DNA of 64,000 nucleotides from Crocinitomicaceae bacterium (GCA_016708105.1 JADJGJ010000005.1:14432-78431), one strand, 5' to 3'. Positions 27,601 to 37,224 are shown, numbered from the stretch's first letter. The notes: a model not told the origin generated them from the letters alone. Numbers and translations are program-made.

Positions 27601-30497
27601 TACCAGCACCGGACCCAACGGTGGTGATAGATGAGGCGGACAATAATGGAGTACCGACCGTTGCATTTGTGAGTGATGTATCAGATGGATTAACTTGTCC
27701 AGAGACGATCACAAGAACGTATTCAGTAACGGATGCCTGTGCTAACCAAATCATGGTAACACAACAAATCATTGTGAATGATATCACTAACCCAACGGGA
27801 ACAGCCCCGGCAAATATTACTGTTCAGTGTATAGCGGACGTGCCGGCAGCTGATGTAACGTTGATTACCGATGAAGCAGACAACTGCACGGCAAATCCGG
27901 ATGTACAATTTGTGAGTGATGTATCAGATGGTAATACTTGTCCAGAGACTATTACAAGAACCTATAGTATCACGGATGATTGCTCAAACACAATCAACGT
28001 AACACAATTAATTATTGTTGATGACACCACCAATCCAACGGCGTCGAATCCGGCATCAGTGACGGTAGAATGTATAGCAGATGTACCGGCAGCAGATCCA
28101 TTGGTAGTGATAGATGAAGCAGACAACTGCTCAGTTCCAACAGTAGCTTTTGTGAGTGATGCAAGTGATGGCAATACTTGTCCTGAGACCATAACAAGAA
28201 CCTATAGTGTAACGGATAACTGTGGAAATACGATCAACGTGACCCAAACTATTGTTGTAGATGATACAACTAATCCAACAGCATCCAATCCGGCAAGTGT
28301 TACGGTAGATGTGATAGCCAATGTACCAGCAGCAGATCCATTGGTAGTGATAGATGAGGCAGACAACTGCACACTGAATCCAACGGTGACTTTTGTAAGT
28401 GATGTGTCAGATGGATTAACTTGTCCAGAGACGATTACCAGAACATATAGCGTAACGGATAACTGCGGTAATCAAATTACGGTAACGCAAACCATTATTG
28501 TATCAGACATCATTTTGCCAACGGCATCGAACCCGGCAGGGGTAACGGTAGAATGTATAGCAGATGTACCTGTGCCAGATCCATTGGTTGTGATAGATGA
28601 AGCGGACAATGGAGGAGTACCGACAGTTGCTTTTGTGAGTGATGTATCAGATGGCAATACCTGCCCTGAAACTATTACAAGAACATATAGTGTAACGGAC
28701 AACTGTGCCAACCAAATCATGGTAACACAGCAAATCATTGTGAATGATATTACCAACCCAACGGGAACAGCACCGGCGAATATTGCGGTTCAGTGTATAG
28801 CCGATGTACCGGTGGCTGATGTAACGTTAATTACAGATGAAGCAGACAACTGCACGGCAAATCCGGATGTACAATTTGTGAGTGATGTATCAGATGGGAA
28901 TACTTGTCCAGAGACGATAACAAGAACGTATAGCATCACGGACGATTGTGGAAATACAATCAACGTAACACAATTAATTATTGTGGATGACACCACCAAT
29001 CCAACGGCGTCGAATCCGGCATCAGTGACGGTAGAATGTATAGCAGATGTGCCGGCAGCAAACCCTGCAGTTGTTATCGACGAGGCCGACAACTGCACGG
29101 CATCACCACTTGTACAATTTGTGAGTGATGTATCAGATGGCAATACGTGTCCTGAGACGATTACAAGAACGTATAGTGTAACGGACAACTGCGGAAATCA
29201 AATCACGGTCACACAACAAATCATTGTGAATGATATCACCAATCCAACGGCATCTAACCCTGCCCCAATCAATGTATCATGTGCATCAAGTGTACCGGCA
29301 CCAAACGTATCGGTGGTGATAGATGAGGCGGATAACTGCACGGCATCACCGGTTGTAGCGTGGGTATCAGATGCATCAGACAACAACACCTGCAACGGAG
29401 AAATCATCACGCGAACATATAGCGTGACAGATAACTGCGGCAATCAAATTACGGTGACCCAACAAATTATTATTGGTGTAACCACACCGACAGTAAACGC
29501 AGGAGTTGATGTTACATTATGCGAAGGAGAAGTAGTCACCCTTACAGCAAGTAATCCGGATGCTGCGGTTATTAGCTGGGATAACGGAGTAATCAACAGC
29601 ACTGCATTCACGCCACCGGTGGGCACAACAACCTATACTGTAACGGCTACTCAATGTGGTGGAGAATGTTCATCAACCGATCAGGTAGACGTGGTTGTTA
29701 ATCCGCTTCCGGATGTGGTGTTTATGGGGGATGTTTTGATAGGGTGCGATCCGTTGACAGTAAACTTTACCAATCAAACAATACCTGCAGGTGACAATTG
29801 TACTTGGAATTTTGGAGACGGTAATGCAACGTCAGGATGTGGCTCGGTGAGCAATACTTACCTCACCCCAGGTGTTTATGATGTGAGTTTGACAGTGACA
29901 ACACTTGAAGGATGTACTTCATCAGCAAGCTATGCAGATTATATTACTGTAATAGCACAACCAGAGGCAAATTTCACCATGGATAATACAACAGTAACGA
30001 TAGACAGCCCGGTGGTACAATTCACCAATGAATCACTAAATGCAGATAATTATGTTTGGGATTTTGGAGATGGATCAGGTTCATTGCAAACAGATCCGGA
30101 GCATACTTTCCCTCAAATTGGAAACATGGAGTACACTGTAACACTGGTTGCATCAAACTATGCCGGATGTTCAGACACTGCAACAGCAACTATTGAAGTG
30201 CAGGATGTGTTGATTTTCTATGTTCCAAATGTATTTACACCTGACGGAGATGGTAATAATAATACGTTCTATCCGGTATTTACAGCAGGCTTTGATGCGT
30301 ATGATTATCACCTAACCATTTTCAACCGCTGGGGAGAGATTGTGTTTGAATCATACAACTCAACTGTAGGCTGGGATGGTACTTATGGAAGTCAAGGATT
30401 GGTGGAGGATGGAGTGTATGTATGGCAGATTGAATTTGGAGATAACAAATCAGACAAACGTCACCGTCACAGAGGACACGTAACAGTATTGAAATAA
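24603..30497 (+). CDS. Giant T9SS adhesin, segment 4 of 4: 20 Cys-repeat units, two PKD domains and a type B T9SS sorting domain
   Basis: Repeats carry ..DEADNC....V.FVSD.SDGNTCPETITRTYS.TD.CGN.I.VTQ.I. The PKD domains show WNFGDGNATSG and WDFGDGSGS. The C-terminus VPNVFTPDGDGNNNTFYPVF...FNRWGEIVFES...WDGTY...DGVYVWQIEF is the gliding-motility-associated (type B) CTD. Confidence 0.9.
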   Translation: MRGNQITVTQLILITDPIMPTASNPAPVTVECIADVPAPDPTVVIDEADNNGVPTVAFVSDVSDGLTCPETITRTYSVTDNCANVITVTQTITVNDITNPTGTAPANITVQCIADVPAADVTLINDEADNCTANPDVQFVSDVSDGNTCPETITRTYSITDDCGNSINVTQTIVVDDTTNPTATAPANITVQCIADVPVSDPTLITDEADNCSVPTVAFVSDASDGNTCPETITRTYSITDACGNTITVTQTIVVDDTTNPTASNPSSITVPGGPAPAPDPTVVVDEADNCTLNPTVAFVSDVTDGNLCPETITRTYSVTDNCGNQITVTQLILITDPIMPTASNPAPVTVECIGDVPAADPTVVIDEADNNGVPTVAFVSDVSDGNTCPETITRTYSVTDACANVILVTQTITVNDITNPTGTAPANVTVQCIADVPVSDVTLITDEADNCTANPVVAFVSDVSDGNTCPETITRTYSITDDCGNTINVTQTIVVDDTTNPTATAPANITVQCIADVPAADPTLITDEADNCSVPTVAFVSDASDGNTCPETITRTYSITDACGNMITVTQTIVVDDTTNPTASNPASVTVPGGPVPAPDPTVVIDEADNCTLNPTVAFVSDVTDGNLCPETITRTYSVTDNCGNQITVTQTILITDPIMPTASNPAPVTVECIADVPAADPTVVIDEADNNGVPTVAFVSDVSDGLTCPETITRTYSVTDACANQIMVTQQIMVNDITNPTGTAPANITVQCIADVPAADVTLITDEADNCTANPDVQFVSDVSDGNTCPETITRTYSITDDCSNTINVTQTIVVDDTTNPTATAPANITVECIGDVPAADPTLITDEADNCTANPTVAFVSDVSDGNTCPETITRTYSITDDCGNTITVTQTIVVDDTTNPTASNPASITVPGGPAPAPDPTVVVDEADNCTLNPTVAFVSDVTDGNLCPETITRTYSVTDNCGNQITVTQLILITDPIMPTASNPAPVTVECIADVPAPDPTVVIDEADNNGVPTVAFVSDVSDGLTCPETITRTYSVTDACANQIMVTQQIIVNDITNPTGTAPANITVQCIADVPAADVTLITDEADNCTANPDVQFVSDVSDGNTCPETITRTYSITDDCSNTINVTQLIIVDDTTNPTASNPASVTVECIADVPAADPLVVIDEADNCSVPTVAFVSDASDGNTCPETITRTYSVTDNCGNTINVTQTIVVDDTTNPTASNPASVTVDVIANVPAADPLVVIDEADNCTLNPTVTFVSDVSDGLTCPETITRTYSVTDNCGNQITVTQTIIVSDIILPTASNPAGVTVECIADVPVPDPLVVIDEADNGGVPTVAFVSDVSDGNTCPETITRTYSVTDNCANQIMVTQQIIVNDITNPTGTAPANIAVQCIADVPVADVTLITDEADNCTANPDVQFVSDVSDGNTCPETITRTYSITDDCGNTINVTQLIIVDDTTNPTASNPASVTVECIADVPAANPAVVIDEADNCTASPLVQFVSDVSDGNTCPETITRTYSVTDNCGNQITVTQQIIVNDITNPTASNPAPINVSCASSVPAPNVSVVIDEADNCTASPVVAWVSDASDNNTCNGEIITRTYSVTDNCGNQITVTQQIIIGVTTPTVNAGVDVTLCEGEVVTLTASNPDAAVISWDNGVINSTAFTPPVGTTTYTVTATQCGGECSSTDQVDVVVNPLPDVVFMGDVLIGCDPLTVNFTNQTIPAGDNCTWNFGDGNATSGCGSVSNTYLTPGVYDVSLTVTTLEGCTSSASYADYITVIAQPEANFTMDNTTVTIDSPVVQFTNESLNADNYVWDFGDGSGSLQTDPEHTFPQIGNMEYTVTLVASNYAGCSDTATATIEVQDVLIFYVPNVFTPDGDGNNNTFYPVFTAGFDAYDYHLTIFNRWGEIVFESYNSTVGWDGTYGSQGLVEDGVYVWQIEFGDNKSDKRHRHRGHVTVLK
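24631..28488 (+). repeat. Four tandem super-repeats of 963-966 bp, each made of four ~240-bp Cys-repeat units
   Basis: Equivalent boundary positions (after ACGGTAACGC/CCC) fall at 24631, 25594, 26557, 27523 and 28489. Long stretches are identical between copies. Confidence 0.9.
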
Positions 30498-30518
30498 AAA
30501 ACAAGCACAAAAAAGTTA

Positions 30519-30552
30519 AGAGGCTGCAGTTAAGTGCGGCCTCTTTTTATTT
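30519..30552 (+). terminator. Rho-independent terminator after the giant adhesin gene
   Basis: Stem AGAGGCTGCA (30519-30528) pairs with TGCGGCCTCT (30535-30544), followed by a TTTTTATTTT run. Confidence 0.7.
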
Positions 30553-30560
30553 TATATTTG
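30553..30560 (+). promoter_or_regulatory. -7 type promoter box TATATTTG
   Basis: TAnnTTTG lying 16 nt upstream of ATG 30577. Confidence 0.4.
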
Positions 30561-30576
30561 AGTGGCGTATTTTAAC

Positions 30577-31131
30577 ATGAGATTAGAAAATTATAAGAAT
30601 GGATTTTACGAATTAAAACTCGGGGCATATTTCAGAGGTTTTTTGCCGACATTTTCTGGATTTTTAATTATTGGTTGCGGTCTTTCATTAATTATCATAG
30701 CAAAGAGTAATTCAATTGATTTTAACTCGAAAGTTTATTCTTTTGTATTCATAGCGATTCTGATTGGCATATTAGTCAATTTGTTCATGGGCATTGAGGG
30801 AATAGAATTTGATATGAATACCCGACAATTCAGAAGATATAAAAAGCGATTGGGTAAAAAAATAGGCGCGTGGAAATCACTTGAGCCATACAAATATTTA
30901 TGCCTTTCAGCACAATACAATTCCGTTGGCGGTGTGCCGCTATCAGGTGGCGGACACAGGCATCGTTCAATTGAAATAAACTTGGCCGGTGAAAATGTAA
31001 AATCAATTCTGCTGGCAGAATGCGAAAATTATAAGTCTGCATTAAAAGATATTCAAAAACTACACAATGTATTGAATATTGAAGTAAAGGATTTTGTCAT
31101 TGATCAGTATACAAAAGAGAGCCCACGATAA
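30577..31131 (+). CDS. Hypothetical membrane protein
   Basis: Two TM helices (FLPTFSGFLIIGCGLSLIIIA and VYSFVFIAILIGILVNLFMGI). I prefer ATG 30577 to the GTG at 30562 because of the promoter box position. Confidence 0.55.
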   Translation: MRLENYKNGFYELKLGAYFRGFLPTFSGFLIIGCGLSLIIIAKSNSIDFNSKVYSFVFIAILIGILVNLFMGIEGIEFDMNTRQFRRYKKRLGKKIGAWKSLEPYKYLCLSAQYNSVGGVPLSGGGHRHRSIEINLAGENVKSILLAECENYKSALKDIQKLHNVLNIEVKDFVIDQYTKESPR

Positions 31132-31319
31132 AAGATTTTTATTAGAAAAAGTAGTTGTTACTATCTCCGCTATCATGCTAAAACGAATCATCTGACAGCA
31201 CGTTACAAATTTCTGACAGAAACCACAAACCCATTTTCACGTACAAGTCACCACCGGGTTGGTGATTTTGAACTGAAGAGAGAATGAGCGATACCCGTCA
31301 AATTACGATTAAAAAAACG

Positions 31320-31327
31320 TACCTTTG
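31320..31327 (+). promoter_or_regulatory. -7 type promoter box TACCTTTG
   Basis: Only 8 nt separate this box from ATG 31336, which implies a leaderless or nearly leaderless mRNA. Confidence 0.4.
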
Positions 31328-31335
31328 TAATACAC

Positions 31336-32529
31336 ATGCAGGATCTGGATCATCATATTATTCATCTTCTACAACGACATGACTGCGTTATTGTGCCGGG
31401 TTTTGGTGGTTTTATAGGCAGCTATGAACCGGCGAGTTTGCATGAGGTTTCAGGAAAAATATTCCCCCCGTGTAAAAGAATTATATTTAACAGTAGTTTA
31501 ACCCGACATGACGGGCTATTGGCGCATGAAATAGCAAGTGCAAATGCAATTAGTTACGAGCAGGCCATTGAGCAAATCACAGCTACCATCGTTCATTGGA
31601 AAAGCAAATTACAACATGGTGAACGAATTGAATTATCTGAAATTGGTTTTCTTTATACACATATTGATAAAATAGTATTTGAGCAAAGTATTGAAAGAAA
31701 TTTGTTGCTCAGTTCGTATGGTTTAATTCCGGTTACATATCATGCAGTAAGCAAGAAAATCTTAACAGAAAAATCTGAAGAAATCACAGCTAAAAAAGTA
31801 CATGATTCAGCAATTTCAGTTGAGAAAAAATCATCTTCAAGTGCTGAAGAAAAATTGCCAAAGAAAAAAGAAACACCGGTGATTACCATGCGTGTGTCTG
31901 AGCCAATAGTTGAGGTAAAGAAAGAAGAAGACAAGGTAATTCCAATTCAAAAACAGGTAATAAAAAAGAAGAAAAACTGGAAGTATGCCTTAGCTGCTGC
32001 AGTAGTTTTACCTGCCATGTTCTACTCATATTGGATACCTATGAAAACGGACATGTTATCTACCGGTAAAATACATTTATCAGATTTTAATCCCTTTCAT
32101 AAAAAACAGACTGAAACATATCAGCAACGTGATCATCAATTTACAATTGATTTGAGTACTGATTGGAAATCATTAGACGAGTTAACATCAAGTTTACCTG
32201 ACCACGTTTCAGTATATAGTCTTGAAATCAACGAAGAAATATATATTCCAGTTGAACTTGAGAAGCAAGTTGCAAACACTGCGGAAACCTCAACACCCGT
32301 TTTGGCAAGTGGAGATTTTCACGTGATTGCCGGCTGCTTTTCTGTTGAACAAAATGCTGAAAGACAAGTTGAAAAATTAAAATCAGGCGGTTATTCTGCG
32401 TTGATATTTGATCATGAAAATGGTTTGTATCGAGTAAGCGCGGGAGATTTTACCACTGAATCTGATGCTGAAAGTTTTCGAACCAAACTAGAATCTGAAG
32501 GTTATTCTACCTGGATTTTAAAACCCTAA
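31336..32529 (+). CDS. HU-CCDC81-like N-terminal domain / SPOR-domain protein
   Basis: N-terminus LLQRHDCVIVPGFGGFIGSYEPA, one TM segment (WKYALAAAVVLPAMFY) and a C-terminal SPOR-like region (FHVIAGCFSVEQNAERQVEKLKSGGYSALIF...YRVSAGDF). Confidence 0.75.
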   Translation: MQDLDHHIIHLLQRHDCVIVPGFGGFIGSYEPASLHEVSGKIFPPCKRIIFNSSLTRHDGLLAHEIASANAISYEQAIEQITATIVHWKSKLQHGERIELSEIGFLYTHIDKIVFEQSIERNLLLSSYGLIPVTYHAVSKKILTEKSEEITAKKVHDSAISVEKKSSSSAEEKLPKKKETPVITMRVSEPIVEVKKEEDKVIPIQKQVIKKKKNWKYALAAAVVLPAMFYSYWIPMKTDMLSTGKIHLSDFNPFHKKQTETYQQRDHQFTIDLSTDWKSLDELTSSLPDHVSVYSLEINEEIYIPVELEKQVANTAETSTPVLASGDFHVIAGCFSVEQNAERQVEKLKSGGYSALIFDHENGLYRVSAGDFTTESDAESFRTKLESEGYSTWILKP

Positions 32530-32763
32530 GCGTCCCGTTTGTCTCTGAATTTGGTCTTTTGTAAGGCAAAAACCGACCTTAAACGCTTTCGTTGATTGTC
32601 TTTCTCATCTATATTGCTAATTTTACTTAACCAATTTAATCCTGTTGCTTTCAATAATGAATTGCAGGCATCAGATTTAATAAACAACGTATTGCCTGAA
32701 TTCATTTTGATGGGTTGAATAGCTAACCGGAATTATTTTACAGGCAATTAAAAATTAAATTAC

Positions 32764-33984
32764 ATGAAAAGAATCGTTATTATTCTGGCGCTGTTTTTTA
32801 GTGCATCGCCATTTGCGCAAGAGTTCACTACCAATACTGAAGGCAGTGAATACAAGTTTGAAAAACTGGTTCATTTAGATGCAACACCGGTTCAGTCTCA
32901 AGGATGGACAGGAACCTGCTGGAGTTTTTCAGCCTTGTCATTTTTTGAGTCTGAAATAAAAAGATCAGGTAAAGGTGAACATGTTTTGGCTGAGATGTAT
33001 ATCGTGTATCAGGCATACCTTGGAAAAGCTGAAAAATATATTCGTACAGATGGCAATACTAATTTTGATGAAGGTGGTGCATTTCATGATATTCCTTGGG
33101 TAATATCTCGTTTTGGAATTGTACCTAATGAAGTTTTTACCGGGTTGAATTACGGAACCAAAGGACATAATCATTCTGAACTCACTTCAGTATTAAAAGG
33201 TGCAGTGAATGGCTTGCTTGAGCACCGTAAAAATCTTGGGGAAAATCAAGGATTGACAACGGCTTGGTTAGATGCCGTGCGCGGAATTTTGAATGCCTAC
33301 TTAGGATATCTCCCTGAAAATGCTGAAGAATTTAAATTCAAATACAATGGTAAAGATTATAACCCTTTAACATTCCGTGATGAACTTGGTTTAAACATGG
33401 ATAATTATTATTCTCTGACTTCATTCACTAATCATGAATTATATCAAGAATGTCGGTTGGAAATTGCAGACAATTGGGTTTGGGACAAATCATACAATGT
33501 TACTATGGATGAGTTATGGGCAGCCGCTGAATATTCGTTGATGCAAGGTTATACTTTTGCTTGGGCAGCTGATGTGTCTGAAGATTATTTTGATTTCAGA
33601 AATGCCATTGCCTTAGTACCAAAAGATAAATCAACCATTTTTGTTGAAGGTGAAAACAATAAAAATTTCTCAGATGCAGGTTCGGCTAAAAAATCATCTT
33701 GTTTTACAACACCTGTTGAAGAAGATGTGATCACAACTGAAATGCGTCAGTTGGCTTATGATAATAAACGCACTACAGATGACCACGGTATGCATGCAGT
33801 AGGTTTGTATAAGGATGCTGCCGGAAAAAAATGGTTGCTAATTAAAAATTCTTGGGGCACATCGAATGACTGTGATGGGTACATGTTTATTTCTGAAGCA
33901 TATTTTAAATACAAAACAATCAATATCTATTTGCACAAAGAAGCAATTCCAAAAGATTTGAAAAAGAAAATAGGAATTGAATAA
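32764..33984 (+). CDS. C1-family cysteine peptidase (aminopeptidase C / bleomycin hydrolase-like)
   Basis: Signal peptide, catalytic-Cys motif QGWTGTCWSFSA, and HAVGLY...IKNSWG (the His/Asn region). Confidence 0.8.
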   Translation: MKRIVIILALFFSASPFAQEFTTNTEGSEYKFEKLVHLDATPVQSQGWTGTCWSFSALSFFESEIKRSGKGEHVLAEMYIVYQAYLGKAEKYIRTDGNTNFDEGGAFHDIPWVISRFGIVPNEVFTGLNYGTKGHNHSELTSVLKGAVNGLLEHRKNLGENQGLTTAWLDAVRGILNAYLGYLPENAEEFKFKYNGKDYNPLTFRDELGLNMDNYYSLTSFTNHELYQECRLEIADNWVWDKSYNVTMDELWAAAEYSLMQGYTFAWAADVSEDYFDFRNAIALVPKDKSTIFVEGENNKNFSDAGSAKKSSCFTTPVEEDVITTEMRQLAYDNKRTTDDHGMHAVGLYKDAAGKKWLLIKNSWGTSNDCDGYMFISEAYFKYKTINIYLHKEAIPKDLKKKIGIE

Positions 33985-34002
33985 ATATTGACAATCATTC
34001 AG

Positions 34003-34032
34003 AAACCTGTCCGCTGTGGCAGGTTTTTTTTT
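34003..34032 (+). terminator. Rho-independent terminator
   Basis: Stem AAACCTGTC / GGCAGGTTT with a 6-nt loop, followed by T9. Confidence 0.75.
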
Positions 34033-34102
34033 GTTGAACAGAATGGCTTATTAATTGTAGACTTGTTTGCATAGTGTTGAGATAAACCAATAAACTCCAT
34101 TT

Positions 34103-34954
34103 ATGGTTTTTAAGATTTTTCAGATATTAAAAATAAATACCCTTTTTATTTGTGGCTGGTCACTATTTGCAATTAGTGCAAATGCGCAATACAATAAGAA
34201 AACGGTTGAAGCAGAAAACGGAACCTTTGTTTATTGCTATCATAAAAATGGCAAAATATCAACGGAGGAATTTCATAGCAATTCAATGCAATATATGGCT
34301 GGGGGATATGCAAGAGCCTATGATAGTAAGGGCACAGAAATTTATTACATGGGAACCTCAAGATCAGGTTTGATCAGTTCAGTTAATTTCAGTTACTATG
34401 AGAGTGGTGCAATAAAAAAAGCTGAATATAATTCGCACCCAGATGCAGGTATTCAATGGTATCAAAAAGTGACTGAATTTGATGAAGACGGAAAAGTGGT
34501 GCGCGAAAGTGAAATGCGTGATGATTATACTGTTACCGTGAGTTTGCCTGACACTTTATATCACCGTTTGTTGAAAGAAGAAGAGGAGCGTCAAAGACAG
34601 AAAGAAGCCGAACGTCTGAAGCAAGAGAAAGAGAATGAATGCGCTGATTCTGCCAATTTCTTTATCAATGAAAAAGTGGTACTTGATGACAAAAACATTC
34701 AAGAGTTTAAACCAAACGCTGAAGACGGATATCGTGAAATCACAATTAAATCGGCTAAAGGAAAACTCATTTCTTATACATTGGAATACTATAAGCGGAA
34801 TGACGGCGTGATAAAAATTGTGAGGATTTATTATAAAAATGGTCGTGTGCATGAGGAATATATTTACGAGAAACTGGTATGGCATCACAGGGTTTATTCA
34901 AAAAAGGGCATTTTGATTTCAGAAAAACTCAACCAATCAGGTCAGCATCCGTAG
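34103..34954 (+). CDS. Hypothetical secreted protein
   Basis: Signal peptide ending AISANAQ, MORN-like YHKNGK and YYKNGR motifs, and a charged coiled segment (EEEERQRQKEAERLKQEKE). Confidence 0.6.
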   Translation: MVFKIFQILKINTLFICGWSLFAISANAQYNKKTVEAENGTFVYCYHKNGKISTEEFHSNSMQYMAGGYARAYDSKGTEIYYMGTSRSGLISSVNFSYYESGAIKKAEYNSHPDAGIQWYQKVTEFDEDGKVVRESEMRDDYTVTVSLPDTLYHRLLKEEEERQRQKEAERLKQEKENECADSANFFINEKVVLDDKNIQEFKPNAEDGYREITIKSAKGKLISYTLEYYKRNDGVIKIVRIYYKNGRVHEEYIYEKLVWHHRVYSKKGILISEKLNQSGQHP

Positions 34955-35054
34955 AATTGTAAAAATGGTTATCTTAGACTAATCAACTGTTTTGCATTTT
35001 TCAAATTGTTCATGCAATTCAGTTAAAATTCAATTCATCAAAAAAGCAATTCGT

Positions 35055-35774
35055 ATGAGAAGATGGAGTTTGATTATGGTATTATGCCTAAGCAGTGTTT
35101 TTGTATTGAGTCAAGAAGACACCGTGCGACACGGGGATGTAGGATTGAGATTCACCACATCAGAATTTAATCGTATACAGGTTGAATTCAGGTTTCCGGC
35201 GGGTACATATTCATATCTTAGATTGGGAACTTCAATGGGTTTTCAGTACAATTATCCTGGACGAGATATTTTTGCTGCCAATGATAGTATAGTAACTACC
35301 CGTCAAAAAGATTTATATGGCAATCATTATGATTTGCGCTTTGGTTTTGAAAGACAAATATCTTACGATTGGCTTTGTTTTCACGCCGATGCGATGGTGG
35401 CGTATAGTTCTTTGACAAAACGCAACTGGAGTTATTATCATGTACTTGATTCAAGTGGTACTGATTGGAAATTTGAACATACGAATCCTTATTCGGGGGT
35501 TGGACAGGATTCAGCTATGGCGGTCACTTCGTATATTGGTGCAGGTGTGGTTCTGGGTCTTTCTTTTAATTTTAATATCACAGAGAATTTTATTCTCAAT
35601 TTCACCGGCAACTATGCAGGTGTTATGCGTTTTGGAGTTTCAGAAAAAGAGCAAAATGATATTTACAATGAATTTGATTTTGCAAAGAGCGCAAATTTTG
35701 AATTATTTCCTACGGCCGGTATTGGGTTGAGATATGTGTTCAAATCAAATACTGAACCGGTGCCTACAAATTAA
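35055..35774 (+). CDS. Hypothetical outer-membrane beta-barrel-like protein
   Basis: ATG 35055 gives MRRWSLIMVLCLSSVFVLSQ. Alternating beta-strand pattern with GIGLRYVF near the C-terminus. Confidence 0.6.
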   Translation: MRRWSLIMVLCLSSVFVLSQEDTVRHGDVGLRFTTSEFNRIQVEFRFPAGTYSYLRLGTSMGFQYNYPGRDIFAANDSIVTTRQKDLYGNHYDLRFGFERQISYDWLCFHADAMVAYSSLTKRNWSYYHVLDSSGTDWKFEHTNPYSGVGQDSAMAVTSYIGAGVVLGLSFNFNITENFILNFTGNYAGVMRFGVSEKEQNDIYNEFDFAKSANFELFPTAGIGLRYVFKSNTEPVPTN

Positions 35775-36126
35775 TGTTAGGCTTCTTGATTGATGTCAGT
35801 AAAAAAAATTAAAATGCTGACATGTATTGGTTTTTTGAACTGTATTAGATAGTCCAATGATCGTTATCATGGTAGTGCTTGCCACATGGCAGACGTAAAA
35901 ACTGACACCAATAATTCATTCCTTTCAATTAGCTGCACCGCGCAATAAGGATACGGTTTCTGTATTGGGAAGTCCAATTCCCTTTCATGTTTTGGGACTC
36001 AAACAGCAAATCAATCGCCAGTAGCCAAAACGAAAGCTGAATTCAGATAATTGATTAAATCAAATTGAGTATTGGAATAATGTGGAAGAAGTTGTTACCA
36101 ACCATTTAAAATAGTTATGCGTAATT

Positions 36127-36882
36127 ATGAATATGCTGCGAAAAAAATATTTTTATCATAAAATCATATTTTCAATTTATTCAATATTGATTTTAGGTTC
36201 TTGTAATAAAGATACTCCTTCAGACGTAATGACAATAGGGGATAAATCAAAGATGAAAATTGAAAAACCTGAGCTAACATTGTCTGCAATGAATGGAGAG
36301 AATAGCAGCTTCTTTATTGATATTGATAAAGACGACATAGACGATTTTGAAATTATTCATGGCCCTACATCTACGCCAAATTATCCCAATGTACTTCATC
36401 GTTGGATTCAGATTAGATGTTTGAATGAGACATCCTTTGTGGGTATCAAAGAAAACTCTGACACCATGTATCTTTATAACACATATACCTATCACGATGG
36501 CCCGCCCATGGTTGAGGAGTATCAGCTCACCCATCATGTATGTGACAATCCTTTCCCTACTTCAGCCACGGTTTATATCAAAGATGAAATCAATTATTGC
36601 TCCACAGGTGATATTATTACACTAGATGATAATTGGAGCAGCACTGATATGTATGTTTATCAGCAATCCTATGAGACGGACAACGGTGGGATGAGCAAAA
36701 CTGACACATTGGTTCATTTTTCAAATGTCTATGAATTTAACTGTATCAATATTTCAAATGACATAGCAACGTATATCCCAATTAAAAAAATTGTAGGAAG
36801 CGAAGAAAAATTGGGTTGGATTCTGGTGACAAAACGCAGTGAATATGACATCACCATCAATCAATTTGCCATTCAGAAATAA
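36127..36882 (+). CDS. Hypothetical lipoprotein
   Basis: Lipobox ILILGSC near the N-terminus. No family recognised. Confidence 0.55.
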   Translation: MNMLRKKYFYHKIIFSIYSILILGSCNKDTPSDVMTIGDKSKMKIEKPELTLSAMNGENSSFFIDIDKDDIDDFEIIHGPTSTPNYPNVLHRWIQIRCLNETSFVGIKENSDTMYLYNTYTYHDGPPMVEEYQLTHHVCDNPFPTSATVYIKDEINYCSTGDIITLDDNWSSTDMYVYQQSYETDNGGMSKTDTLVHFSNVYEFNCINISNDIATYIPIKKIVGSEEKLGWILVTKRSEYDITINQFAIQK

Positions 36883-37224
36883 TTCTTGTTAAACAGTTTC
36901 CAGGTTAATCAATTTTTATCGAGCATGACTGTGTCTAAGCATGAACAGTTGAGATCAATTTTTTTATCATGCTGATTCGAGATCAGCATTTGGTATTATA
37001 TGATTAGGGTGCCATTTAACAAACCCACCACGATATTCCTTGGCATTGCGTCAGAGAGATCACCCTATCGGGTGAAAGAAATGAGAGTTATTCCAGTTTT
37101 TAACTCAGGTAAATTTGGGATATGACCGTTTTCAGTCAGAGATGTATTCTAACTCTGGTTAATTGATGGGAATGCATCTAATAAAATCAGAACACAGTTA
37201 TATAACAAATGAAAACCCATTAAA

